Part shown: in pieces, positions 17,846-26,702 of the stretch
Numbering within the stretch: position 1 is the first letter of the stretch
How the letters are laid out: each line of letters starts with the position of its first letter
Source: a virus
Reading direction: 5' to 3' (one strand)
DNA length: 64,000 bases
UHGV virus genome: UHGV-1421865
Translations under genes and position numbers: made by a program
The notes under the pieces: generated by a model
The model's input: only the letters and a program-made list of their open reading frames with translations
What the model was told of the DNA's origin: nothing
Database searches by the model: none

Positions 17846-18958
17846 TTAATACAGTTCTATACGTAGACCTAACTTATTGGCTTTTAACATCTTAGATGAT
17901 GTAGAGTTTATATCACCCGTGAAGAGTACTTTCGCGTCTGACCAACTGTTTGTTTGAACGTACTGTGGATTCTTCTCCAGAAATTCTTTCTTAGACGCAT
18001 ATTTAGACGGACTACCCGTCAACATCACAGGCACTTGTGTAGTCTTGCTTGTACCGACGTGTAAGTTTGTAAGTTGACACATACCAATGCCGTAGTCAGT
18101 AAGTGCGTTAACCAACGCATTGAATTGCAACCATTTAGGTGATTGGTGATTATAGACCCAACTGTACCCTTCCGATGCGACACCACTGAAATCGGCTTGT
18201 CCAGTACCGATGAACTGCGCACATTTCTTAGCGCATGTGGAACCACATTTGTTGAAATTCAACGACTTGATGATGTCTACTAATGTGATTTGTCGTCGGT
18301 AATTCTTAAACGATTCGGCGGCTTTCTGCCCTCGTTTACCTTTCAACGCTTGTTCTATCTGTTCCGGTCTTACTTGGAGTATATTTGTTAAACTCTCGAA
18401 GTTATGTTGTAAAGTGTCGTACAACGCAGCCGCTACAGACGGACCGATGTTAGGTATCTTCAGAGTTTGTGCAGACGCGATGAACTGCCCACGGTTACTC
18501 ACAAGACCCACCAGATGACAACCTTCTACAACAGCATCATTTGGTAAACTACCGAGGTCCTTTGATGGATTGTCAAGTACAGAATAAAGAAACGGAATAA
18601 TGTCACCGGCTAAGGAAACTTCAATCTCCGTACCTATACCTACTTGATTATCAATAAGATAGCCGTAGTTATGTCCAGAACATTTAGTGACTATTTTATC
18701 AAGTAGTACAACAGGTTCAAAGACAATCACCGGTGTATACTCTCCGGTCTTACCTTGGTTCCATACAATATCTACTACCTTCGTCTTTTGAATTTCCGGA
18801 ACAAATTTCACAGCAACGCAGTCCGACGGTCGAACTTTATCGGTATTCTGTTCTCTGACAGGGAGTATAGGCTTGATAACAAACCCGTCCAGAGCATATT
18901 CACACTCTTCGGTACGGTATTTGTTAAAGTCGTTATATAGTTCTTGTAAGGTACTCAT
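17846..18958 (-). CDS. NAD-dependent DNA ligase, C-terminal polypeptide (NTase motifs IV-V, OB, HhH and BRCT-like regions)
   Basis: Begins inside adenylation domain: LDGFVIKP (motif IV), VAVKF (motif V); start ATG overlaps stop of upstream TS-like gene (TAATG). Confidence 0.7.
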   Translation of the reverse strand: MSTLQELYNDFNKYRTEECEYALDGFVIKPILPVREQNTDKVRPSDCVAVKFVPEIQKTKVVDIVWNQGKTGEYTPVIVFEPVVLLDKIVTKCSGHNYGYLIDNQVGIGTEIEVSLAGDIIPFLYSVLDNPSKDLGSLPNDAVVEGCHLVGLVSNRGQFIASAQTLKIPNIGPSVAAALYDTLQHNFESLTNILQVRPEQIEQALKGKRGQKAAESFKNYRRQITLVDIIKSLNFNKCGSTCAKKCAQFIGTGQADFSGVASEGYSWVYNHQSPKWLQFNALVNALTDYGIGMCQLTNLHVGTSKTTQVPVMLTGSPSKYASKKEFLEKNPQYVQTNSWSDAKVLFTGDINSTSSKMLKANKLGLRIELY

Positions 18959-19926
18959 TATACTGCGATAGGTGCTTTAATAACAGGGGGTGTATAAGAA
19001 CCGTCGAAATGTTTCTTTACCTTTATCTGTCGGCTTTCGTACATCTCCAAAATATAACACAAATAAGCGTCTAAGGACATCGGTACATTCACAGTAGACA
19101 TGGTCATATCCAAGGTGCATTCTACGGTATGATAACATTGCGTCACATAGTCATCGGTATTAGTAAAGAACGAATCGATATATTCCTGTACAGCATCTTT
19201 ATGATTGTCGTAGATATGGAAATTATCGGCGGTATAGTATATATTTCCGCATTTTACTTTATCGATACCATATTTCTTTTTGAACCATTCATGGTTGACC
19301 TTAAAATAGCCGTTTATAAACCAGTTGAACCAAGAACAGAATATGAAATTATACGGCGCACCCAAGAACGCGTCGTTACTGCGAATATGAGCATGTAGGT
19401 TGTGTGTAAGTACTGTATTCCCAGCGTCGTCTGTGTCCAACTGAAATGTAACGTTATATTCGAACATACAAGGTGCCAGTGCCATTTCCGGTAGGTCGTT
19501 CACATTCCAAAGTGAGATAATATGTCGGCGCGAGAATAAATTGTTATTGAAACCTTCAAATAGTTGTTTCAACTGATCAATACCGTTAAAGTTTCGAAAC
19601 TGATAACCGTACGCCTTACCGATAGTACCATCTTCCTGTACCCATTCATCCCAATAGGTAACACCGTGGTCGCGAAGCCACTGTACGTCGGTCCGTCCTT
19701 GCAGCATCCAGAGTAGTTCGGTGAGTGCCATTCGAGGATAAACACGTTTTCCGTTCACCACCATCAGTCGAACTTCGTCGGACGGTGAAGGAGACTGTTC
19801 AAATACAAAGTTGATACCGTAAGAGTTCAACGTACTGATGTCGGTTCTATTCGACATTTTCTGTGTGACAGTCGACAATATGTTAGTAAGCTGTCTTACA
19901 TAGTCTGTTTCAAATAGTTGTGTCAT
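18958..19926 (-). CDS. thymidylate synthase family enzyme (ThyA or dUMP-hydroxymethylase-like) with about 100-aa C-terminal extension
   Basis: LTELLWMLQGRTDV, RRHIISLWNVNDL, MALAPCM (catalytic Cys), PYN (Asn, uracil-specific); 322 aa versus about 260 typical. Confidence 0.75.
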   Translation of the reverse strand: MTQLFETDYVRQLTNILSTVTQKMSNRTDISTLNSYGINFVFEQSPSPSDEVRLMVVNGKRVYPRMALTELLWMLQGRTDVQWLRDHGVTYWDEWVQEDGTIGKAYGYQFRNFNGIDQLKQLFEGFNNNLFSRRHIISLWNVNDLPEMALAPCMFEYNVTFQLDTDDAGNTVLTHNLHAHIRSNDAFLGAPYNFIFCSWFNWFINGYFKVNHEWFKKKYGIDKVKCGNIYYTADNFHIYDNHKDAVQEYIDSFFTNTDDYVTQCYHTVECTLDMTMSTVNVPMSLDAYLCYILEMYESRQIKVKKHFDGSYTPPVIKAPIAV

Positions 19927-20602
19927 TGTTTAATGGATATTCTAGTTTATAAAATTTAGGTGTCTTGGGAAGTCCGTACCATTCTCGTTCTGTCCACTTA
20001 CCGTTTTCTAATACTCTATAATCGTATATGATAATGTCTAAATCATCGTCGTATTCGTGAGATGTACTATTCAAGACACCCGATACCATCGAACGAGGAC
20101 TCGAGAACTTATCTTTGTATTTCTCTTCAAATGTCTTCAGTTTTACCAGCACCTCACCACGTATAACTGCCTGTGCACCATATACATAGTAGTCTGGATA
20201 AACCGATCGAATTTGCTTAATAAGGTGGCTACGCAAGTCTTTACCGTAATTCCCGTCGCCCCGAGACGATATGCTGCCAACAGTACCGTTCGCATTGATA
20301 ACACATTCGAAAGAACAACCGTCGAATTTCGGGGTCACTTCTATGGCATTATCACCGACATATTTTTTAATATCTTCTGTATAATTAGAAAAATCATCTA
20401 AGCTATGAACTTGGACCTTGTAGAGGGATCCCATTATAAACGGATGCCGTACAGTATATGTTGTACTGGATTTAGTACCGATATAAGACTTGTTCTCGAG
20501 ACCTAGCTCTTTCTCTAACGCGTCAAATTCTGTGTCAGACATTATCTCCTGCCCATTGTAGTATGCTTCTTTTGCTTTATGGTATAATTCTTCTTTTGTC
20601 AT
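19910..20602 (-). CDS. NAD-dependent DNA ligase, N-terminal polypeptide (domain Ia plus NTase motif I)
   Basis: YYNGQEIMSDTEFDALEKEL (domain Ia), HPFIMGSL, KxDG lysine motif TPKFDGCSF; ends 17 nt after start of TS-like gene. Confidence 0.7.
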   Translation of the reverse strand: MTKEELYHKAKEAYYNGQEIMSDTEFDALEKELGLENKSYIGTKSSTTYTVRHPFIMGSLYKVQVHSLDDFSNYTEDIKKYVGDNAIEVTPKFDGCSFECVINANGTVGSISSRGDGNYGKDLRSHLIKQIRSVYPDYYVYGAQAVIRGEVLVKLKTFEEKYKDKFSSPRSMVSGVLNSTSHEYDDDLDIIIYDYRVLENGKWTEREWYGLPKTPKFYKLEYPLNNDTTI

Positions 20603-20684
20603 CTTATCATCATATAGTTTATACTTTATATAGTATAGTTTACAAGAAAAATCAGCTACTTAAAACATTGTTTTGGGTCTACTT

Positions 20685-20835
20685 TGACAGTTTCTATTTC
20701 GTGTACCGACGTGTACAAATCTAGAATCGTCATAAAGGCACTTTAGAGCTCCTGTATCGCGTCGAAATTATCTAGCCTTACTACAACCAAGGTCAACTAA
20801 TTTGTACGCGATACAGGAGAGATTTTTATTGAGTT
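20685..20835 (+). repeat. conserved about 150-nt intergenic element, copy D (core inverted relative to flanks)
   Basis: Flanks in the same orientation as copies E-H, but the core CCTGTATCGCGTC-gaaattatctagcctt...-CGCGATACAGGA matches copy A core as read on the opposite flank orientation. Confidence 0.55.
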
Positions 20836-20924
20836 TCAAATGGGTACACTGACGCCGTGTGGGACACGTTGTGTGTACCGTCTTGATGCTTTGCATCAAA
20901 TTGTTCACAAAGTGAACATAATTA

Positions 20925-20965
20925 AGACCTCAGTAGACTTATAACAATCTACTGAGGTCTCTAAC
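20925..20965. terminator. hairpin AGACCTCAGTAGA...TCTACTGAGGTCT
   Basis: 13-bp perfect stem. Confidence 0.45.
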
Positions 20966-21039
20966 TATGACTACTAAATCAATTTATAAATCAATCAAAT
21001 TTCGGCAGTTTATAAGTCAGTAGGGACCTTGGTTTTTAA

Positions 21040-21172
21040 TCTCTTGCTCTATTAGTACACGCAACTCGTTGTAAGTAGCAGGTTTTAATTTAGCCGATTT
21101 CGTATTCGATGTGATCTTTAGACGTTCGTTAATGAAATTTTGTAGACTCATTTATTCGCTAGTATTGTTTAT
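21040..21172 (-). pseudogene. DUF285 N-module remnant (truncated after about 44 codons)
   Basis: Translates MSLQNFINERLKITSNTKSAKLKPATYNELRVLIEQEIKNQGPY then stop; no repeats follow. Confidence 0.4.
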
Positions 21173-21810
21173 CAGTCTTTGAATTTTGGTTGAAGTTGTG
21201 GATTAGTTCCCATATTAGGACATTTATCAAATGTCATATAATACTTGATTACTTTCGACACATCCCACTCAGACAAGTCACAATTGAAACGTTCGCAAAA
21301 ATAGAACATATAACTCATATTTTTAACATTGGTGACATTCCAAGAACTTAAATCTACATTTAGCTTTTTACACCAAGAGAACATATCTTCCATGTTTTCT
21401 ACTTTACTAACGTTCCAATTTTCTATACCTTTGCCTTCAAATTTTTTACATTCATAAAACATGAAAGACATGTTCGTTACATTAGAGGTGTTCCAATTTT
21501 CTACTCCATCGCCTCTGAAGTTATCTTGACCTACAAACATGTTTTGCATAGTAGTTACATTTGATGTATTCCACTGGTCAATTTTGATATTTCCGATGTT
21601 TAATTTATAAAACAAACTAACCATATCTGTAATCTCCGATGTATCTATAAAGTTCAAATCGGCGTTCGGACCTTGTTCTTTTAGTTCTTGTTCTATAATA
21701 GATCTGAGTTCGTCTTTTGTTTTAGGTCTCAATCTTAATGGTTGGGTATCGGGCGTAATCTTTAATCGTTCTGTGATTAAACTATCGTGAATGTATCGTG
21801 AAAGTGACAT
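21172..21810 (-). CDS. DUF285-repeat protein; C-terminal 71 aa identical to 26151..26696
   Basis: N-module MSLSRYIHDSLITERLKITPD...; 3' 214 bp identical in inverted orientation to 26478..26694. Confidence 0.6.
   Translation of the reverse strand: MSLSRYIHDSLITERLKITPDTQPLRLRPKTKDELRSIIEQELKEQGPNADLNFIDTSEITDMVSLFYKLNIGNIKIDQWNTSNVTTMQNMFVGQDNFRGDGVENWNTSNVTNMSFMFYECKKFEGKGIENWNVSKVENMEDMFSWCKKLNVDLSSWNVTNVKNMSYMFYFCERFNCDLSEWDVSKVIKYYMTFDKCPNMGTNPQLQPKFKD
21177..21392. repeat. left arm of perfect 214-bp inverted repeat
   Basis: Reverse complement identical to 26478..26694. Confidence 0.8.
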
Positions 21811-21827
21811 TGAAGTAAATATGTATG

Positions 21828-23525
21828 TTAAACACCAGTACCGTCTAAAATCTTTCTAGCAACGTCATTTATTATTAAATGTTGGTTATTAGGAAACATT
21901 TGAAGTACTTCGCTTAAGTTGTCGACATAGTAGTCGTACACTTTGATATTTGTTATATTGCCAGGAAATGAATACAATACTATCTCCGATTTCTGTAATA
22001 TAGGAATATCCATGGTATATTGTTCGTGAAGCGTACTATTATCGCCGGCGGCATTGTCCATATCGAAGAAATAATGAACCGGTGCTAACTTATATATCGG
22101 TAATCGTTTATCGAAAGTGTATTTATAAGATGAAAACTCTACTGTTTTCAAATCGGGACAACATCTAAACACGACAAACCAGGTATCGCCTGTTTCCAAT
22201 TTAAGACCGCCGCTCTTCATTTTGTTTACCTTTAACGTACCGTTTTTGATATTGAATTTGAAGTCTCCAATAGAAAATAAAGGACCGTCATAGAGGTCGT
22301 CTGTCATACTGACAATAAATGATATAGTAAAAGCCTGCCCACAGAACTTTCGTTGGTATATCGTCGACGGTCGACCGAAGATCTTACTCATGTCGACATT
22401 CGGATCTTGTATATAATTAGACGAACGAACAAAATTGTACTGTGAGTCTGCGATTAAGGTTCCTTTATAATAGAGATTTTCACCCGTATTGATGTGTGTC
22501 GTTACGGTATCAACATATTTTCGTATCGCATCGCTTTCGTATACCGGTGTTAGGGTATTCGGTGCAGGTAACGGTGCTGATAATGTCTGGGTACCGGCGT
22601 CAACAGTGTCGTCGTATTCTGTAAACAAGTCCTCGTATTTCTTAGTAACAAAACTGTCTACCATCACCGAAAACTCGTCTTTCATATTAACACTGTCTTT
22701 CTCTTGGTATTTTACCAGTGCTAATTTGAACGTTGTGCCTATCCACATCAGCCCTTCCGATTTCTCTTCGTACGCACCGTTTACCATCCACATTCTCTTT
22801 GTTAACGGTATATAAATAAGATCACCTTCCATAGGTTGCACAGTATCACCAAAAGCCGTTGCAAAAGCCTCTTTTGTGACTTCTGTTTCCCAGTCGAGTT
22901 GAAAGTCCATTCCGAAGTCGGCAAATTCTGGTTTCGACGACGGCATCCTACCTTCCGGAACGACGAGTTTAATCATCTTAACACTTTCGACGTCCATCAA
23001 GGCGTATTCTTTGAATGTAAGATCCTTCGAACCGACATTGGGACTGAGTTTGAAATAGTAAACGGGAATACCGAAAAGGTCCCCTACCATATTCACCAGT
23101 TTGTTCTGTAATGCGACAGCGCCGTCGAGATTAGAATAAGGATTGAAATTGGCAGGTGTTGATTTACCGTACAAGAACTCAAAACATGACTCTTGACTAG
23201 TATTGTAGTCAATAACGTCTTCGCTGTTTATCTTTATTCCGCTAACAAGGCCTTTTATTTTAATACGAACATACAGGTCTTGACCTACTGCATTGATACC
23301 TGACAAGAACTCTTCCCACGACATATAGCACGACCAGGTAACAGTATCTAACGAATAAGCATATTCTAAACATGTCTCGTCGTACTGTGCTCCTTTATCG
23401 TCATACAAGTATATAGACGACAATTTTGACGGTGACAGCGGGAGATTGATGTTGATCACCTGGGGTACCGTCAAACATCCGGTGGCTGCATTTGTCGTTA
23501 CATCTTCCGGAATCGTAGAAATCAT
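21828..23525 (-). CDS. large hypothetical protein, probably virion-associated (adjacent to and overlapping CHAP lysin)
   Basis: 565 aa; ATGA-type overlap with upstream CHAP gene. Confidence 0.35.
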   Translation of the reverse strand: MISTIPEDVTTNAATGCLTVPQVININLPLSPSKLSSIYLYDDKGAQYDETCLEYAYSLDTVTWSCYMSWEEFLSGINAVGQDLYVRIKIKGLVSGIKINSEDVIDYNTSQESCFEFLYGKSTPANFNPYSNLDGAVALQNKLVNMVGDLFGIPVYYFKLSPNVGSKDLTFKEYALMDVESVKMIKLVVPEGRMPSSKPEFADFGMDFQLDWETEVTKEAFATAFGDTVQPMEGDLIYIPLTKRMWMVNGAYEEKSEGLMWIGTTFKLALVKYQEKDSVNMKDEFSVMVDSFVTKKYEDLFTEYDDTVDAGTQTLSAPLPAPNTLTPVYESDAIRKYVDTVTTHINTGENLYYKGTLIADSQYNFVRSSNYIQDPNVDMSKIFGRPSTIYQRKFCGQAFTISFIVSMTDDLYDGPLFSIGDFKFNIKNGTLKVNKMKSGGLKLETGDTWFVVFRCCPDLKTVEFSSYKYTFDKRLPIYKLAPVHYFFDMDNAAGDNSTLHEQYTMDIPILQKSEIVLYSFPGNITNIKVYDYYVDNLSEVLQMFPNNQHLIINDVARKILDGTGV

Positions 23526-24037
23526 GCGAAACGAAATATATTACAAACACCGTCACCGGAATACGGCCACATTTTGTTCTGAATAAAATCGCTAATCCAT
23601 CGCTTTCCTGTCCACATACAGATATGACCGTGTTGACCGTGGTTCATTACGGCAATATCACCGGGCACGGCGCTGGTATTCGTCCATTCCGCCTGTTTTG
23701 TGACACCGGACAGCATAGCAACGTGTTTGAAACCGATCTTGGGTAAGAATTCGGTGTATTTATACGCCGACGTAGGACGACCTGCGGTAGAAAGACCTCC
23801 GGCTTCTATTGCCTGACGAACATACATCGCACACCGCCCTACAGAAGACACATTCGCCGCAGATGTTAGGTGTGTTAGCGCTTTACGAATATCCCATCCT
23901 GTTTTCGACGGAATATAATTTCCTATAAGACTATTTCCTGACATAGATACATTTTGTCCTAAATTTATAGACGAGAGTATTCCGGATAGGATACCCTCTT
24001 TTGTATAACCTTCCATATACTTAAAAATCAGATACAA
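23522..24037 (-). CDS. CHAP-domain peptidoglycan hydrolase
   Basis: Catalytic Cys in GRCAMYVRQAIE and His in GDIAVMNHGQHGHICMW; 171 aa. Confidence 0.65.
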   Translation of the reverse strand: MYLIFKYMEGYTKEGILSGILSSINLGQNVSMSGNSLIGNYIPSKTGWDIRKALTHLTSAANVSSVGRCAMYVRQAIEAGGLSTAGRPTSAYKYTEFLPKIGFKHVAMLSGVTKQAEWTNTSAVPGDIAVMNHGQHGHICMWTGKRWISDFIQNKMWPYSGDGVCNIFRFA

Positions 24038-24135
24038 TCTGATTCAACATTTCAATTTATTGAAATCAAAAATCCATCGCATGTGGATTTCACAATTAGG
24101 CTCTACAGAAATCTACTTCGTAGTTATTTAGTATA
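24038..24135. promoter_or_regulatory. spacer with three consecutive palindromes (TCAGAtacaaTCTGA, TTCAATttaTTGAA, AAATCCAtcgcatgTGGATTT)
   Basis: Between topoisomerase gene end and CHAP gene start; terminator and/or promoter. Confidence 0.35.
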
Positions 24136-25998
24136 TCACACAGAAGCAGATCGTCTGTCGGAGATATTGTCTTTATCGAACCATAATGTAATAGCGGCAT
24201 CCGCAGCGTCGTCTTTTGTGAAATAGAGATAGTTCTTACTTCGCATCATCTCTTTGTACTGTGCCGTATTCTGTCCACCGAGACCTTTGATGTGTTTGAT
24301 GTCGCAGCCTTTCAATTTTGACGGATACTTCTTTTGGAAATCCCTAAATTCGTCTAATGTATAGAAATTATAACTATCTTTCTTCGACGATGCGATGATA
24401 ATAGGACTGATAACACGGCAGATTAGTTTCTGTTCGAACAGTTCGGGGAAATGATTAAAGAACACTAACAACAGCGACGCAATCTTATCCCCGTCATAGT
24501 CCATATCGGTAGAGATAACGATACGAGAGAACTTTAGATCTTTTTTATTATTGTATTTGCCCCATTGTAGACCTATCACTTTTACGATGTCGTTAAAGAC
24601 TTGGTTCGTCATCACCTTGGTTGGTTTAAGCCCATAGGTATTGAGGGGAACACCGCGCATTAGATAACCGGCTTGATTATCCGGATTTCTACCGGCTCTG
24701 AATCCCGATGCCGCGGAATCGCCTTCGAAAATCCATAGTTCGTTGTCCTGAGTCTTTTTAGAGTTACAGTTGATGAACTTGTCGTTACGAAGTAGCTTAC
24801 CGGCGTCTTTATTTAGTTTTCGTAGCTTCTTTGCGTCTTCGGCTTGCTCTTTCTTGGTATACCAGTCTAAGATGTTGTCGATAATCTCAGACTTCAGAAC
24901 TTTGTTTATAACATCTTGCGATAGTTCGTAATTGGGGTCCTTCGACAGGTTGTTGGTAAGACATTCTTTCGTCTGTGAGTCGTAAGTCGGATTATATACG
25001 GTGAATTTACAAAACAAGCTATACTGTGCGTCTATGGACTGCAATGTCGTTTGTATTTTCTTCTTTTTAAGTAAGAACTCTTGAATAGCCTTATTAAGTA
25101 CGCTCTTAATAGACTGAATGTGTGTGCCTCTGGAACATTCTACACCGTTTACAAAGCCTACTGTTACTTGTTTATCGTCCGACGGCAGTATGGTGTATTC
25201 TTTAATTGTATCCTTATATGATACTACTTTATTAGATACATCAAGACCGTACAGTTTAATATAGTCGTCAAAGTTGCCGAATTTGAATTTGTGGTGCTCG
25301 GTATTGTCGTTATAAGTCACTTCGAGACCTGGATTCGCAGCGGCGGCGTCGGCACATCGTTTGATAATAAGCGGTACAATGTCTTTAATAGAGAAAGCTT
25401 CGAATCTACTGTCGTCGATAACAAATATCGTCCGCATATAATGTTTCTTAGACGGCTTTACTTTTAGATCGTCGCAGAGCTCCCGCATATTGTTCTTCCA
25501 TGTACGATGGTATGCTTTCTTGCCGTCGGCACATTCGATAACAAATTCTTTAGAGAAGATATTGGCCAGCGACGCACCGACACCGTTTGTTCCGACAACA
25601 TTGCGGGACTCATCGTCGTTATAATTAGAAGATGTACGAAGTCGACCGAAAATGAACTCGGGAAGATAACAACCGGCGGTGCTGTGCTTTTGAACGGCGA
25701 TACCCCCGTTGTCTTCTACCGTTACCTTGTTTGTCTTCAAGTCGATTGTAACATTGATTTTATTAAGCCCCATATTAGAATCGCGACGGTATTCGTCGCA
25801 CGAGTTTGAGATAACTTCGTCGATAATCTTCAACACACCCGGTACGTAACTAATTTCCGACTGAACTATTACGTCACCCGACCAATGATAGGTATTAGAC
25901 TGCGTTAGTTTAGTCGATCCGATGTACATACCCGGACGGAGGAGGATATGATCTAGTTCGTCTAATTCTTTATATATATCTTCAATTTTCTTTTTCAT
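24136..25998 (-). CDS. type II DNA topoisomerase large subunit (GyrB-like ATPase plus Toprim; T4 gp39/gp60-like)
   Basis: HILLRPGMYIGS ATPase N-terminus, GTNGVGAS, Toprim EGDSAASG. Confidence 0.85.
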   Translation of the reverse strand: MKKKIEDIYKELDELDHILLRPGMYIGSTKLTQSNTYHWSGDVIVQSEISYVPGVLKIIDEVISNSCDEYRRDSNMGLNKINVTIDLKTNKVTVEDNGGIAVQKHSTAGCYLPEFIFGRLRTSSNYNDDESRNVVGTNGVGASLANIFSKEFVIECADGKKAYHRTWKNNMRELCDDLKVKPSKKHYMRTIFVIDDSRFEAFSIKDIVPLIIKRCADAAAANPGLEVTYNDNTEHHKFKFGNFDDYIKLYGLDVSNKVVSYKDTIKEYTILPSDDKQVTVGFVNGVECSRGTHIQSIKSVLNKAIQEFLLKKKKIQTTLQSIDAQYSLFCKFTVYNPTYDSQTKECLTNNLSKDPNYELSQDVINKVLKSEIIDNILDWYTKKEQAEDAKKLRKLNKDAGKLLRNDKFINCNSKKTQDNELWIFEGDSAASGFRAGRNPDNQAGYLMRGVPLNTYGLKPTKVMTNQVFNDIVKVIGLQWGKYNNKKDLKFSRIVISTDMDYDGDKIASLLLVFFNHFPELFEQKLICRVISPIIIASSKKDSYNFYTLDEFRDFQKKYPSKLKGCDIKHIKGLGGQNTAQYKEMMRSKNYLYFTKDDAADAAITLWFDKDNISDRRSASV

Positions 25999-26019
25999 AC
26001 ATTTATTTATAGCGATTTT

Positions 26020-26150
26020 TGTGAACTGAATCAGTGCATATCATGTAGTGAATCAACATGTTTACATACAAAAAATCAATGTAGCCAATATAATTAAAAT
26101 GTGAAATCCGTTATACACTGATTTTTACATATAAGAACAAAAGAATTCTA
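26020..26150 (+). promoter_or_regulatory. candidate promoter region for the plus-strand DUF285 array
   Basis: AATCAGTGCA at about 26027 and CTGATTTTTACATATA about 30 nt before ATG. Confidence 0.3.
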
Positions 26151-26696
26151 ATGTCACTTTCAACATTCATCACAGAACGATTAAAGATTACATCTAACTC
26201 TAAATCAGCTATACACAAACCATCGTCGAGAGACGAACTCAAATCTATTATAGAACAAGAACTGGAACGTCAAGGTCCGGATGCCGATTTGAACCATATT
26301 GACGTATCTTACATTACAGATATGTCTTATTTATTTTACAAATTAAACATCGAAAACATTAAAATCGACCAGTGGGACGTTTCCAATGTCACTAATATGG
26401 AAGGGATGTTTTATGAATGTAGTAATTTTGAAGGCAACGGCCTAGAAAACTGGGACGTATCGAACGTCACTACTATGGAAGATATGTTCTCTTGGTGTAA
26501 AAAGCTAAATGTAGATTTAAGTTCTTGGAATGTCACCAATGTTAAAAATATGAGTTATATGTTCTATTTTTGCGAACGTTTCAATTGTGACTTGTCTGAG
26601 TGGGATGTGTCGAAAGTAATCAAGTATTATATGACATTTGATAAATGTCCTAATATGGGAACTAATCCACAACTTCAACCAAAATTCAAACAGTAA
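26151..26696 (+). CDS. DUF285-repeat protein (N-module type MSLS.FITERLKITS)
   Basis: N-module plus repeats; 3' 214 bp identical in inverted orientation to 21177..21392. Confidence 0.6.
   Translation: MSLSTFITERLKITSNSKSAIHKPSSRDELKSIIEQELERQGPDADLNHIDVSYITDMSYLFYKLNIENIKIDQWDVSNVTNMEGMFYECSNFEGNGLENWDVSNVTTMEDMFSWCKKLNVDLSSWNVTNVKNMSYMFYFCERFNCDLSEWDVSKVIKYYMTFDKCPNMGTNPQLQPKFKQ
26478..26694. repeat. right arm of perfect 214-bp inverted repeat
   Basis: Reverse complement identical to 21177..21392. Confidence 0.8.
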
Positions 26697-26702
26697 TCAA
26701 CA

